Of a stretch of 64,000 bases of DNA, positions 33,676 to 43,592 are shown in pieces. The notes beneath the pieces were generated by a model. That model was not told the origin of the DNA. It searched no databases and saw only the letters and a list, made by a program, of their open reading frames with translations. Numbering within the stretch: position 1 is the first letter of the stretch; the number at the start of each line of letters is the position of its first letter. The position numbers and the translations under genes are program-made. Location: NCBI GenBank assembly GCA_965223155.1, contig CBDCVR010000015.1:288001-352000 (forward strand). The letters are read 5' to 3'. Source of the DNA: Candidatus Multivoradales bacterium. Its GTDB lineage: Bacteria > Acidobacteriota > Thermoanaerobaculia > Multivoradales > JAHEKO01.

Positions 33676-35292
33676 ATGATAGCCCGCAAGACCGCAGGAT
33701 CCACTTCGCCTTCGCGCCTCGGATTCCGGGTCGCGATCGGCCTCGCGGCCGCCGTCCTGGCGGTCGTAGCCGTCACTCAGTTCCGGGCGCTCCGGGGTAC
33801 CCAGGACAGCACGGCGAAAAGGCTCCGGTCCGCCGGATCCGCCGCGCGCAACCCCGAGGTTCTGACCGACATCGGCCGCGAGACCGACCGCGGCTTCGTC
33901 GCCCTACGCGCGGCACGCCTGCTTCTGGCCGAGGAGCTCGACCGGTCCTGGATGGACGAGCTTCCGGACGACGAGCGGCGGCAAGCCGAAGCCGGCGCCC
34001 GCCAGCGCCTGGAACGGGCCGGCGCTGCCGCTCGCGAAGTCCTGGCGAGCCGACCGGCGTCGTGGCAGGCACACATGGTCGCCGGCGCCTCCCAGTACCT
34101 GCTGGCCTCTCGCTACGGTTCGCGCAATCCGTGGAGCTCGCGCGCCGCGTGGGAGCCGCCTCTGCGGGCAGCGATTGGAATTGCGCCCGCTCAGCCCGAG
34201 CCCAGGCGGCTGCTGGCCGCGCTGCTCTTGAACGAATGGTCTCTGGCCACCCCGGCCCAGCGTGCGGAGGCCGTGGCCCTCCTGGCCAAAGCCTTCGAAG
34301 ACCGTACAACCTTCAAGCTCTACCTCCCGGTGTGGCTACGCCTCGCGGCCACCTTCGATCAGCTGGTCGAGGTGATTCCCAACCGTCCCGCCAACTGGAA
34401 CGATCTGGAACAGCTCTTGGCGTCCAAAGGCGACTGGGAGCGCTACGCGCGCGTTCGCTCGCTGCGCGACCTCAGCTCTCTGGCCGCGGCAGAAACACTG
34501 ATCGAACTGGGCATCGAGCAGCGCCGTTTTGGCGACCGCTCGGGAGCGCAGCGCAGCATCCTGGCCGCGGTCGATCTTCTGCCGGTTCGACTGGACGCCT
34601 TTCCGCTCCTGGAGCGTGCGGCACGAGAGCTGCCCAGCGCTCCCGAGCGGCCGGCGGCACAGCGCCGGTTCTCACGATGGTTCGACTGGATCTGGGAGCA
34701 GTGCTCTCTGGCGGCCTGCCCCGCCGCCGAGACCGCCGCGACGCTGGCCCGCCTGGGGAGCCGCACGTCGGCCGCCGAACAGGCCCTGTGCCACCTGATC
34801 GGAGGCGATGAAGCCGCCGCGGCCGAGCTGGAGGCCCGCTCGCTACGCTCGGGCGACCCGGCCTGGACGCGCTACCTGCTCCTCAAGGCCCGCCTTGCGC
34901 TGACCGACGACGACGCGGAGACGGCCGCAACCGCGCTCGATCGGGTGCCGCGTGCCTGGCGGCACCGCGGCGCCTGGTTCGCGGCGGCACGCGGCAAAGC
35001 CCGCGCCGACGGCATCGCCGTGGCCGATCGTGGTGATTCGGGCTGGATCGAAGAGGAAGTCCTCCGCCGGGAGTTTCTGCGCGGCGAAGCCAGCCGCGTG
35101 GAGCTGCGCTTCCCCCCCGAGACGGTTCCCGGGGTGATCGAGATCGACCTCAACGGCGGGCTCGCCCAGTACCGAGTCGTCGGGCCCGGCACCGTTCTCC
35201 GGGTGCCCCTGCCGGCCGCCGAGCTCTGCTACCTGGACCTGCGCTGGCTGACCTCCCGATCGGGACCGCCACCCCGCTTCGAGCTCGCCTGA
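33676..35292 (+). CDS. Membrane-anchored helical/TPR-like hypothetical protein
   Basis: One N-terminal TM (VAIGLAAAVLAVVAV), Ala/Leu/Arg/Glu-rich helical repeats; start uncertain. Confidence 0.65.
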   Translation: MIARKTAGSTSPSRLGFRVAIGLAAAVLAVVAVTQFRALRGTQDSTAKRLRSAGSAARNPEVLTDIGRETDRGFVALRAARLLLAEELDRSWMDELPDDERRQAEAGARQRLERAGAAAREVLASRPASWQAHMVAGASQYLLASRYGSRNPWSSRAAWEPPLRAAIGIAPAQPEPRRLLAALLLNEWSLATPAQRAEAVALLAKAFEDRTTFKLYLPVWLRLAATFDQLVEVIPNRPANWNDLEQLLASKGDWERYARVRSLRDLSSLAAAETLIELGIEQRRFGDRSGAQRSILAAVDLLPVRLDAFPLLERAARELPSAPERPAAQRRFSRWFDWIWEQCSLAACPAAETAATLARLGSRTSAAEQALCHLIGGDEAAAAELEARSLRSGDPAWTRYLLLKARLALTDDDAETAATALDRVPRAWRHRGAWFAAARGKARADGIAVADRGDSGWIEEEVLRREFLRGEASRVELRFPPETVPGVIEIDLNGGLAQYRVVGPGTVLRVPLPAAELCYLDLRWLTSRSGPPPRFELA

Positions 35293-36698
35293 GAACCGGA
35301 CGGGGCCGTCTTCGCGGCCGGCCCAGGCCGGATCGCCAGCGCCGCGCCGGTCAGCGCCGCCAGCCCAAGCGCGTTGCCAAGAAGACTCAGACCGAAGTCG
35401 AAGGCCGCATGGACGCCGGTCGCGGCGATGCAGCCCAGCACCGCCACGGCGAACCAGCGATCCTCGCTCACGCGTGCCGTCAACGCCCGGCGCCTCAGGC
35501 TCCAGGCAAGCCAGCCCAGGGCGAATGCGGCGACGGCTCCTCCAAGGACTCCTCCCGTCGCCAGGAGCTCGACATATTCGTTGTGGGCCTTGATCCAGAC
35601 GGTGCCGCCAAGCTGCGGTCGCTGCACCATCGGGTAGGCATCCCGAAACGTTCCGAGGCCCGTGCCCAAGACGGGGAATCGGCGGACCAGATCCCAGGAG
35701 TCGGTCCAGACCAGCAGCCGCTCGCTCCAGGCCACGTCGGCCAGGGTCGTCGTCGACAGCCGCTCGAAGAAGCGGCCGGGCCCGACCCAGGCGAGAAAGC
35801 CAGCGACGCCGGTCACCGGTATGGCGAGAGCCAGGAGCGCCCGTTTGCGGTCGGTGCCTCCGAGCAGAAAGAGCAGCTCGACGATGGCCGCGACAACGAC
35901 CGCGGCAAGCGCCGCGCGCGATCCGGTCAAGGTCAGGCCGGCGACGGTCAGGACCACAACCGCGGTCGCCACGATCACCCAGATCGCTCGCCGGTCGGGC
36001 AGTCCGGCCCAACGCTTCGACGTGGCCGTCCACAGGACGCAGCCGAGAGCGCAGGCAAAGCCCATCTCGAGCAGCGTGGCGAGATGGTCGGGATTGACGT
36101 ACGTGCCTCGCAACCGCGGCACTTCGCCCCGAACGTAAGGGACCAGCCCGAGGCCGAGCTGGAGCAGCGCCGTGCCTCCGATCGTCCCCATCAGAACGCG
36201 CCGGTAGCGGCGGCCGGAACCAGCTCCGCCTCGCGAGCCGTCGGCGCAGACCACGCAGGCGGCCAGAACCGCCAACCCGAGCACGAGGCACCTGGCGGCA
36301 TAGGTCCGCGACAAAGCCGGCGACAGCGACAGGGGCAGCAGGGCGGAAGTCTCATCGGGCGCGAGTACTTCCCGAGCCAATCCGGCCAGGCGCGCATGTT
36401 CTGGAGACACCAGACCGACGAATCCGGCCGGCCAGGACGCACTCTGAAGAAGCGCCTGACCGGCTAGCAGTCCGAACGCGGCCACCAGCCAGAGCGCCGC
36501 CTTGGTGCCGCCCCCCGAAGCCGCTGCCAAAGCCGCCAGCAGACCCAGCACGGCCACCGCCAGACGGCCCAGCAAGATGCCCATCGGCGTGGCGCCGCCG
36601 TACAGCAGCGACAGGCCCAAGAGCGCCGCCGCGAGCAGCACCACACCCGCCAGGCGGGGTGTGGGACAGAACGGTATGATCCGGCGGTCCCTGGTCAC
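35229..36698 (-). CDS. O-antigen ligase / O-OTase (Wzy_C) family membrane protein
   Basis: About 11 TM; RLRGTYVNPDHLA, LTGSRA, GTGLGTF, AHNEYVE. Confidence 0.88.
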   Translation of the reverse strand: MTRDRRIIPFCPTPRLAGVVLLAAALLGLSLLYGGATPMGILLGRLAVAVLGLLAALAAASGGGTKAALWLVAAFGLLAGQALLQSASWPAGFVGLVSPEHARLAGLAREVLAPDETSALLPLSLSPALSRTYAARCLVLGLAVLAACVVCADGSRGGAGSGRRYRRVLMGTIGGTALLQLGLGLVPYVRGEVPRLRGTYVNPDHLATLLEMGFACALGCVLWTATSKRWAGLPDRRAIWVIVATAVVVLTVAGLTLTGSRAALAAVVVAAIVELLFLLGGTDRKRALLALAIPVTGVAGFLAWVGPGRFFERLSTTTLADVAWSERLLVWTDSWDLVRRFPVLGTGLGTFRDAYPMVQRPQLGGTVWIKAHNEYVELLATGGVLGGAVAAFALGWLAWSLRRRALTARVSEDRWFAVAVLGCIAATGVHAAFDFGLSLLGNALGLAALTGAALAIRPGPAAKTAPSGSQASSKRGGGPDREVSQRRSR

Positions 36699-36727
36699 GG
36701 CCCGCCAAGAATACCGCTGGAGACACC

Positions 36728-38020
36728 ATGCCCCGAAGCGCCCACCTCGCCGCCCTGACCCTCGCCGGCCTGGCCCTCTTGCCCTTCAGCGCCCCGGCTC
36801 TCCGCGCTCAGTACGAGCAGTTCTCCCCCACAGGCTCGGGCAGCGAGTCGGACGCCACGACCTCCGACAAGGCGCAGGACACCTTCGAGAACGCCCGGTG
36901 GAAGATCGGCAACCTCCGACTCGAGCCGTCCCTCGAGCTCCGCAACGTGGGAGTGTTCGTCAACGTCTTCTCCGATTCGGATACCGAGACCGAAGCCACC
37001 GACGACGCCCGAGCAACCCTGGGCGCCGGCCTGACCGCCGCCGTGGGTGTCGGCCCCAAGTCCTTCCTGTCTGCCTACGTGGCGCCGGAGTACTCCTGGT
37101 GGCGCGATACCGAGGAGCTGCGCCAGTTCAATCTAAACTACGGCGTCGGCTGGTTCGCCTACTTCAACCGCTTGACCCTGGCGATCGATGTCGCGGACCA
37201 CGAGAGGGAGCGAGAGCTGGCCACTGAGGTGGACGTGCCAGTCCAGATCGCGAACGAGACCCAGCGCCTCAGGGCCGACCTCCACGTCACCGACCGTCTG
37301 GATCTGGTCGCCTCAGCGTCGGCCTCCACGATCCGGCATTCCCGAGAGATCGAGGACTTCGTATCGGGCATTCGTCCGGACTTCCTCGATCGGGAGACCG
37401 AGACTACAGCCGCGGGCTTTCTCTACAGCGCCGACAAATGGCGATTCGGCGCGGGCGCCGAGCGGCTACGCACCGAGTTGGACGACCCCACCGACCCCCG
37501 CACCGGCGAGAGCACCAGCCCGTACGTGATCTGGGGCTTGACTGGCAATCGCATCGATATCCACGCCAGAATCGAAGAGCGTCGTCTGGAATTCGACCGG
37601 GGCGATCTCGAAAGCTCCGATCAGACAGTGGGCTCGGTGCGGGCCGAGATCGAAGCCGGAAGCAAGACGCGACTCTCGGCCTACGCGCTCCGGAGCGTGG
37701 CGCTGGCCGTGCGCGACCGCGAAGCGATCCTCCGAAACGACACGTTCGGCGTCCGGGCGGCGCTGCAGCCGGCGGAACGTTGGAATTTCGCGCTGACCGC
37801 CGAGACCACTGACTTGAATTTCTCGCTAGCGTCGAGCTCGACTCGTAACGACACTCTGGATTCGTATTCCGCGCACCTGAATTGGGACATCTCACCCAAG
37901 CTCACGGCCATCTTGCGGGCTGGACGGCTGGAGTGGCAGTCGACGCTGGAGGAGTTCAACCGCTCCGAGACCCAAGTCGGCCTGGGTCTGAGCCTGACCG
38001 AGGACCTTCTCCCCTGGTAG
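36728..38020 (+). CDS. Outer-membrane beta-barrel protein (EPS/capsule export associated)
   Basis: Signal peptide, alternating beta-strand pattern, directly upstream of wza-wzc. Confidence 0.75.
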   Translation: MPRSAHLAALTLAGLALLPFSAPALRAQYEQFSPTGSGSESDATTSDKAQDTFENARWKIGNLRLEPSLELRNVGVFVNVFSDSDTETEATDDARATLGAGLTAAVGVGPKSFLSAYVAPEYSWWRDTEELRQFNLNYGVGWFAYFNRLTLAIDVADHERERELATEVDVPVQIANETQRLRADLHVTDRLDLVASASASTIRHSREIEDFVSGIRPDFLDRETETTAAGFLYSADKWRFGAGAERLRTELDDPTDPRTGESTSPYVIWGLTGNRIDIHARIEERRLEFDRGDLESSDQTVGSVRAEIEAGSKTRLSAYALRSVALAVRDREAILRNDTFGVRAALQPAERWNFALTAETTDLNFSLASSSTRNDTLDSYSAHLNWDISPKLTAILRAGRLEWQSTLEEFNRSETQVGLGLSLTEDLLPW

Positions 38021-38051
38021 GGCCGCAAGCGCCAGCCGGTATACTTGCCGG

Positions 38052-38888
38052 ATGGCGCGCTGGGCTCGCGGAACCTTCATCCTCCTGAGCGGCCTCTGCG
38101 CCGTTGCACCGGCTCTTGCGCAGTCGGCAGACGGCTCGGCAACCGCCTACCGCATCGGCGCCAAGGACAAGGTCCGCATCGAGGTCCTGGAGGACAGCGC
38201 CCTCAATACCGAGACCCGTGTCGATGAGCTGGGCGATATCGAGATCCCGCGGGTCGGAACGGTCCGCGTCAACGGCCTGACTCGAGACGAGGCGAGGCTC
38301 GCAGTCCAGGAGCGGCTCGAACGCTACCTACAAAGGGCGACCGTTACCCTCGAGATCACCGAGTATCGAGCGCAGCCGATCACGGTTCTCGGAGCCGTCG
38401 CCAGACCTGGGCCTCTGCCGTTCTCCAGCCGCTGGACCCTGCTCGAGGCGATCATGGAAGCCGGCGGCCCCGAGGCACAAGCAGGAGACACGATCTTCGT
38501 CACCCGGCGTGCCAATACCGGGCTTTCCGACCAGATCGCGATCTCGCGGCGGGACCTGCTGGACCGTGCCGACCCCACGGTCGACATCCCTCTGGCTCCC
38601 AACGATCTCGTCAATCTGGCGCCCGCGACCAAGGTCATCATCTACTCCATGGGAGAGTTCAACAAGGCCGGTGAGATCATCTTCCAAAGCAACGAGCGGA
38701 TCACGCTCTTGAGCCTGCTGGCCCGAGCCAACGGCCTGACCGACCGCGCGGCCGATGTCTTGATCATCAGGCGGGGCCAAACCGGGCAGGAGATCCGCAT
38801 CAGCGCCAAGAAGCTCATCGCCGGCAAGGTCGATGACGTCCCGCTCCACGACGGAGACGTGGTCCGAGCCAAGGAATCTTTCTTTTGA
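38052..38888 (+). CDS. wza: Polysaccharide export protein (OPX, Poly_export plus SLBB)
   Basis: YRIGAKDKVRIEV, VDELGDIEIPRVGTVRVNGLT, VLGAVARPG. Confidence 0.9.
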   Translation: MARWARGTFILLSGLCAVAPALAQSADGSATAYRIGAKDKVRIEVLEDSALNTETRVDELGDIEIPRVGTVRVNGLTRDEARLAVQERLERYLQRATVTLEITEYRAQPITVLGAVARPGPLPFSSRWTLLEAIMEAGGPEAQAGDTIFVTRRANTGLSDQIAISRRDLLDRADPTVDIPLAPNDLVNLAPATKVIIYSMGEFNKAGEIIFQSNERITLLSLLARANGLTDRAADVLIIRRGQTGQEIRISAKKLIAGKVDDVPLHDGDVVRAKESFF

Positions 38889-41113
38889 AGACCGAAGACA
38901 TCCTGACCGGAGGAGCGCCGCCGGCCGAGGAGGCGACCTTCAACTTCGATCTGCGCGAGTACCTGCGGATCGTCACCTCCCGCTGGCCGCTGATCCTGGC
39001 GATCACCTTGGCGTCGCTGGTCCTGGCCCTGGTACGTTTCTACCTGACGCCTCCGGCGTATCGGGCCACGGCTCTGTTGCAGATCGAGCAGCGCAGTCCG
39101 GTGGCGCTGAGCGGCGAGCGCAATCCCTACGTCGAGGCCTATCTGCGCCAGACCTACTTCCCGACCCAGTTCCGCCTCTTGCGCAGCCGCAACCTGGCCG
39201 AGCGCACGGTCCGGAGCCTGGAGTTCCAGGTCGACGACGGCGCGGACACGCCGGCCGAGGACGAAGCCGAGATCGCCGCCAAGGCTCGCAGGATTCTCTC
39301 GGCGATTACCGTCGACCCCGTCTCGGGCACCGAGTTGGTCTCGATTCATCACATCTCTTCCGATCCGAAGCACAGCGCGGACGTCGTCAACACCCTCGCC
39401 CAGGAATTCATCAGCTGGAACATCGAGAACCGCGCGGGCATCGTGGATCGCACCTCGAACTTCCTGAACCTCGAGTTGGACCGGCTACGCCAGGAGATCA
39501 CGGACAAGGAAGCTCAACTCGCCGAGTACCAGCGCCGCTCGGACATCGTCTCGGCCGATCCGGGATCCAATCTGACGCTGCGCCGGCTGGAACAGCTCAA
39601 CTCGGACCTCCTGTCGGCGCGAAGTGAGACCCGAGCCCGGTTGAGCGCCCTGCGCGAGCTTTCCTCGCGTTCGCAAGAAGCGGTCGCCGACGCCGAGTCC
39701 AACGGGCTCGTGGGCGACATGCGGCGCAACCAGGTGCGGCTCGAGGCCGACTACGATTCGAAACTTCAGACCTATAAGCCCGACTGGCCCGACATGGTCG
39801 AGCTCAAGGCCTCCATCGACGACGCCGAGCGCGAGATCCTCGCGGCCATCGACCGCTACGTCGGCGAAGCCCGCACCCGGCTCCGCGGCGAGTACCAAGC
39901 CGCCCTGGGCAAGGAACGGGGGATCGAACGCGAGATCGATACCGTCAAGTCCCAGGCACTGGACTTCAACTCGGCCTCGGTCGAGTACAACAGCCTGCGG
40001 CTCGAGATCGACACCCGCCGGGAGCGCCAGGACGAGCTCCTGCGTCAGCTGGAAACCGCCGCCATGTCGGCGCGGATGTTCGACGACCGCCAGTCGAACG
40101 TGCGCGTCATCGAGAGCGCGCTGGTGCCGACCCGGCCCTTCCGGCCCTCGTTTCGCAATTCGGTGGTTTCGGGTTTGGCCCTCGGCCTGGCGCTGGGTAT
40201 CGGCCTGGCTCTCTTGCTGCATCTCCTGGACCGAACCGTCAAGACTCCGGAGGAGTTGGAGCGCTTACTGAAGCTGCCCCTCCTGGGCGTCATCCCCGAC
40301 GTCAGCGAGGGTTCCCGCGGCAGCGCCTACTACGGTTACTACGGCTATGGCCGCAAGCGCGGCAGCCGCTCGCGCGACAAGACCTCCGAGGCCATCGAAC
40401 AGGTCGAGCTGCTGCCGGCGATCCGGCCCCGCCTGGCCATCTGCGAGGCCTACCGGTCGCTACGTACCGCCTTGCTTCTGTCGAGCGCCGAAAAGCTGCG
40501 GCTCATCTCCATTACCTCCGCCGAGTCGGGAGAAGGCAAGACCACGACCGCCACCAACCTGGCCGTGGTGCTGGCCCAGCTCGGCAAGCAGGTCCTGCTG
40601 ATCGATGCCGACCTGCGCAAGCCTCGTCTTCACAAGGTCTTCGGCGAGTCCAACCAGGCGGGACTCGTCAACTCGTTGACCGGCACGGTGCAACCCGAGG
40701 AGCTCATCCGGTCGACTTCGGTGCCCAACCTGTTCCTCAGCCCCGCGGGTCCCCATCCGCCGAATCCCTCCGAGCTCTTGGCCTCCGAGCGAATGCGCGC
40801 CTTCCTGGAGTTCGCGCAGCAGAAGTTCGACATGGTGGTCATCGACACGCCGCCGGTTCTGGCGGTGACCGACGCGGTTATCGTGGCTCGATTCTGTGAC
40901 GGCGTCGTACTCTGCTTCCGGGCCGAGAAGGTTCTCCGGGAGGACGTCAAGAGCTGCCGCAACCGCTTGCAGATGGCCGACACTCGCATCCTCGGCGCGA
41001 TCTTGAACCGGCATCAGCCGGCCAAGGGAGGTGGGTACGGTCGCCGGTACCGCCACTACTACGAAGCCTACGGCGAAGGCGAAGACGACGCCCGCGACTC
41101 GTCGGCAGCCTGA
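38885..41113 (+). CDS. wzc: Polysaccharide co-polymerase / BY tyrosine autokinase
   Basis: Two TM, coiled coil, EAYRSLRT, Walker A GEGKTT, IDADLRKP, IDTPP, Tyr-rich tail. Confidence 0.93.
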   Translation: MKTEDILTGGAPPAEEATFNFDLREYLRIVTSRWPLILAITLASLVLALVRFYLTPPAYRATALLQIEQRSPVALSGERNPYVEAYLRQTYFPTQFRLLRSRNLAERTVRSLEFQVDDGADTPAEDEAEIAAKARRILSAITVDPVSGTELVSIHHISSDPKHSADVVNTLAQEFISWNIENRAGIVDRTSNFLNLELDRLRQEITDKEAQLAEYQRRSDIVSADPGSNLTLRRLEQLNSDLLSARSETRARLSALRELSSRSQEAVADAESNGLVGDMRRNQVRLEADYDSKLQTYKPDWPDMVELKASIDDAEREILAAIDRYVGEARTRLRGEYQAALGKERGIEREIDTVKSQALDFNSASVEYNSLRLEIDTRRERQDELLRQLETAAMSARMFDDRQSNVRVIESALVPTRPFRPSFRNSVVSGLALGLALGIGLALLLHLLDRTVKTPEELERLLKLPLLGVIPDVSEGSRGSAYYGYYGYGRKRGSRSRDKTSEAIEQVELLPAIRPRLAICEAYRSLRTALLLSSAEKLRLISITSAESGEGKTTTATNLAVVLAQLGKQVLLIDADLRKPRLHKVFGESNQAGLVNSLTGTVQPEELIRSTSVPNLFLSPAGPHPPNPSELLASERMRAFLEFAQQKFDMVVIDTPPVLAVTDAVIVARFCDGVVLCFRAEKVLREDVKSCRNRLQMADTRILGAILNRHQPAKGGGYGRRYRHYYEAYGEGEDDARDSSAA

Positions 41114-41254
41114 CGCGTTTCGATCCACCCGCTCGCGAGCCGGCCTCATTCCAGCCCACGTGAGGGCCTTGGTACACTGCTTGCTGGCTACGCGGCCGAG
41201 GGCGCGAGGCCTCGGCCGCGGATCTTCCGGCCGATCCACAACCCCGCGACAGCC

Positions 41255-42703
41255 ATGATCGAGCGCATTTCGCAAGGAGTACTCAGCCCGGTCCTCGTCC
41301 TCGGCCTGCTGGTGCTTGCTCCGGCCGAACCTCTGGCCGCCGCCGACCCGTTCTACGAATCTCTCGCCACCCGCGGCGCACGCGAGCTGGCCCGCGGGAA
41401 CCCGGCCGAAGCCGCCCGGCTCCTTCGACTCGCCTGTTTCGGCATGCTCGAAGAACCGGTCGAGCTAGCCGGATGCCTCGTCGACCTGGCCGAAAGCCAG
41501 GCCGCCGCCGGGGACGAGCAGGCTCTCCGCCAAACCCTGGACCGCGTCCTCGAGATCGAGGATCGCTTTGCCACCCTCGACCGGCTCCCCCAAGACGACC
41601 AAGAAACCTTCGCCGAGTTGGCATCGGATCGACTTCCGGCCGCCGTCCTGCGGGCCTATCCAGGCCTTGCCACCCTTGTTCCCGAAGCACCCGCTCCGGT
41701 CATCCGCATGCCGCCGAAGCAGGCTCGCCGCGCCCTGGAGCGAGCGCTCCGCGCCAATCCCGGAAACACCGAGGCGATGTACCGGCTCGCCGTGCTCGAG
41801 CGTGGGCGCGGCAAGCGGGGCCGGGCGATCGAGCTCTTGGAGCGGCTCCTGGCCGCTGAGCCGGAGCACGGACCGGGCCGCTGCCTACGCGCCGACCTTG
41901 GGATCGAAGAACGATCCTGCCAGCCTGCCGTAGCGACATTCGCGACCTGCACCGAGCTGGGCCGGCGCACCGAGGACCGCATCTTCCTGCTCGAGTGCCT
42001 TGCCGGAGCCGAACGCTGGAACGAGGCGGACCACCTCTGGACGCGGCTCACCAGCGTCGAGCGTCAGCTCCCGCGCGCTGCCAGAGTCCACCAAGAGCTC
42101 GAGGCGCACTCCCCGCGGCAAGCCGCCGCGCAACCTGGGCCTGGGACGGAGCCCGAAGCCGAGCCCGCAAACGGGGACCCCGCCCCGGGAACCGAAGGGC
42201 CGGTCGATGCGGCTGCCCCCAACGCTTCCGCGGACGCCGAGACCATCCAACCCGGGCCCGACCCAACCGGAGGAGCCGCGACCGAGGCGCCGGCCGATCC
42301 GGACGACGCGCCCCGAGATCTTCCCTCAGACCTCGACGGCCGCTTGGCCGCCATCCGCGAGGCACTCGAGAACGCCACCACCCCCGCGGATCTCGCGGAT
42401 CCCGGCTCCGAGGTGTCGCGGCTGGCGGACGCATACCCCCGAGCCACCGAGGCCCAGCTTCTGGCCGGCGAAGCCGCCTACCTGGGAGCGGACTGGGGCT
42501 CGGCCGCTGCCTATTTTCGCCGCGCCGGTGAGCTTCCGACCGACCGCCCCCTGCTGCTTTTCTACATAGCGGTGAGCCTCTACGAGAGCGGCGATCGGGA
42601 AGCCGCAGAGCCGGTGCTTCAGCTTGCCCTGCCTCACCTGAGCCGCAATTCCTTCGTGGACCGATACATCGGGCGGATCCTGGGGGGAACGGAACTCGAA
42701 TGA
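41255..42703 (+). CDS. Exported TPR-repeat protein with Pro/Ala/Thr/acidic linker
   Basis: Signal peptide, TPR-like helices, low-complexity linker 42122-42313. Confidence 0.8.
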   Translation: MIERISQGVLSPVLVLGLLVLAPAEPLAAADPFYESLATRGARELARGNPAEAARLLRLACFGMLEEPVELAGCLVDLAESQAAAGDEQALRQTLDRVLEIEDRFATLDRLPQDDQETFAELASDRLPAAVLRAYPGLATLVPEAPAPVIRMPPKQARRALERALRANPGNTEAMYRLAVLERGRGKRGRAIELLERLLAAEPEHGPGRCLRADLGIEERSCQPAVATFATCTELGRRTEDRIFLLECLAGAERWNEADHLWTRLTSVERQLPRAARVHQELEAHSPRQAAAQPGPGTEPEAEPANGDPAPGTEGPVDAAAPNASADAETIQPGPDPTGGAATEAPADPDDAPRDLPSDLDGRLAAIREALENATTPADLADPGSEVSRLADAYPRATEAQLLAGEAAYLGADWGSAAAYFRRAGELPTDRPLLLFYIAVSLYESGDREAAEPVLQLALPHLSRNSFVDRYIGRILGGTELE

Positions 42704-42742
42704 AGAGGCCGACCGGATCGGCTGAGCCCTGTCGGCCTCCGC

Positions 42743-42772
42743 TTGACGAAACCGCGTCTTGCCCCTTACCCT
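42743..42772 (+). promoter_or_regulatory. Putative sigma70 promoter for 42818..43567
   Basis: TTGACG (42743-42748), 18 nt spacer, TACCCT; SD AAGGAG before the GTG start. Confidence 0.5.
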
Positions 42773-42817
42773 TAAGGTGTCTGTTCGCGGACCCGGCCGG
42801 AAAAAAGGAGACTCCCC

Positions 42818-43567
42818 GTGCGTAAGACCGTCCTAGGTGTATTTGCCATACTCGCCGCCTCACTAGGCGCCGCCGAGGCCATGACGATCACTACCGGAGT
42901 TCTCGAGTGCCTGCCCAACGAAGCCAACACGGCGGTCACCGCCATGGTCACGCCCGAGGTCGCGGGCAGCGAAGAGGTGCGCCTCTACTTCAGGCGCCTC
43001 CATCCGAACGGCGCCTACTACTGGAACGAGATGACCCCGCAGGGCGACGGCGCCTACTGGGCGGTTTTTCCCAAGGCCGAGAAGCGGGAGCAGCAGGGGC
43101 TCAACGACGAATGGTGGGACATCCTGAAGGACCGTGACTGGGTCGAAGACCGTGACCGGGAGTGGCTCGAGGACTTTTTCGACGAGCAGGACCACGAAGC
43201 GGCCGAGTTCTACGTCGGCGTGGCCGATGCCAACGGTCGAGTCATCGCCAAGTCTCCGACCCAGCTGGTCCGTGTGCTCGATCGCGATGACTGCGAGCAC
43301 GGCATCACGGTGCGACAGATCGGCGCCGCCCGCAATATGACCGTCGGCGAGACCACCGCCCTCCAGGAAGGCAAGGAGGTCTTCCACTGGCTTTGCGACG
43401 GCATCGTCACTCGGGTCAACGTGGACGGCATCTTGCGCGGAGACGAAACCTGCCGAGGCTGCGTCATTGCCGGGTGGTTTCCTGTAGCGGCCAGCGCCGG
43501 CGGCATCGTGGCGAGCACCACGATCGAAAAGCGCGAGCCTCGCCGGGCATCCGATATCCAGCCGTAG
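42818..43567 (+). CDS. Secreted hypothetical protein with C-terminal Gly/Ala hydrophobic segment and charged tail
   Basis: Signal peptide MRKTVLGVFAILAASLGAAEA; 5 Cys; C-term CRGCVIAGWFPVAASAGGIVASTTIEKREPRRASDIQP. Confidence 0.8.
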   Translation: MRKTVLGVFAILAASLGAAEAMTITTGVLECLPNEANTAVTAMVTPEVAGSEEVRLYFRRLHPNGAYYWNEMTPQGDGAYWAVFPKAEKREQQGLNDEWWDILKDRDWVEDRDREWLEDFFDEQDHEAAEFYVGVADANGRVIAKSPTQLVRVLDRDDCEHGITVRQIGAARNMTVGETTALQEGKEVFHWLCDGIVTRVNVDGILRGDETCRGCVIAGWFPVAASAGGIVASTTIEKREPRRASDIQP

Positions 43568-43592
43568 CCCGGCCGCCGGCAGATCCTTGGTG

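Noticed and set aside
43130-43172. Short duplication gaccgtgac...gaccgtgac (DRDWVEDRDREWLED)
   Set aside because: Only two copies, in frame; most likely a local protein-level duplication.
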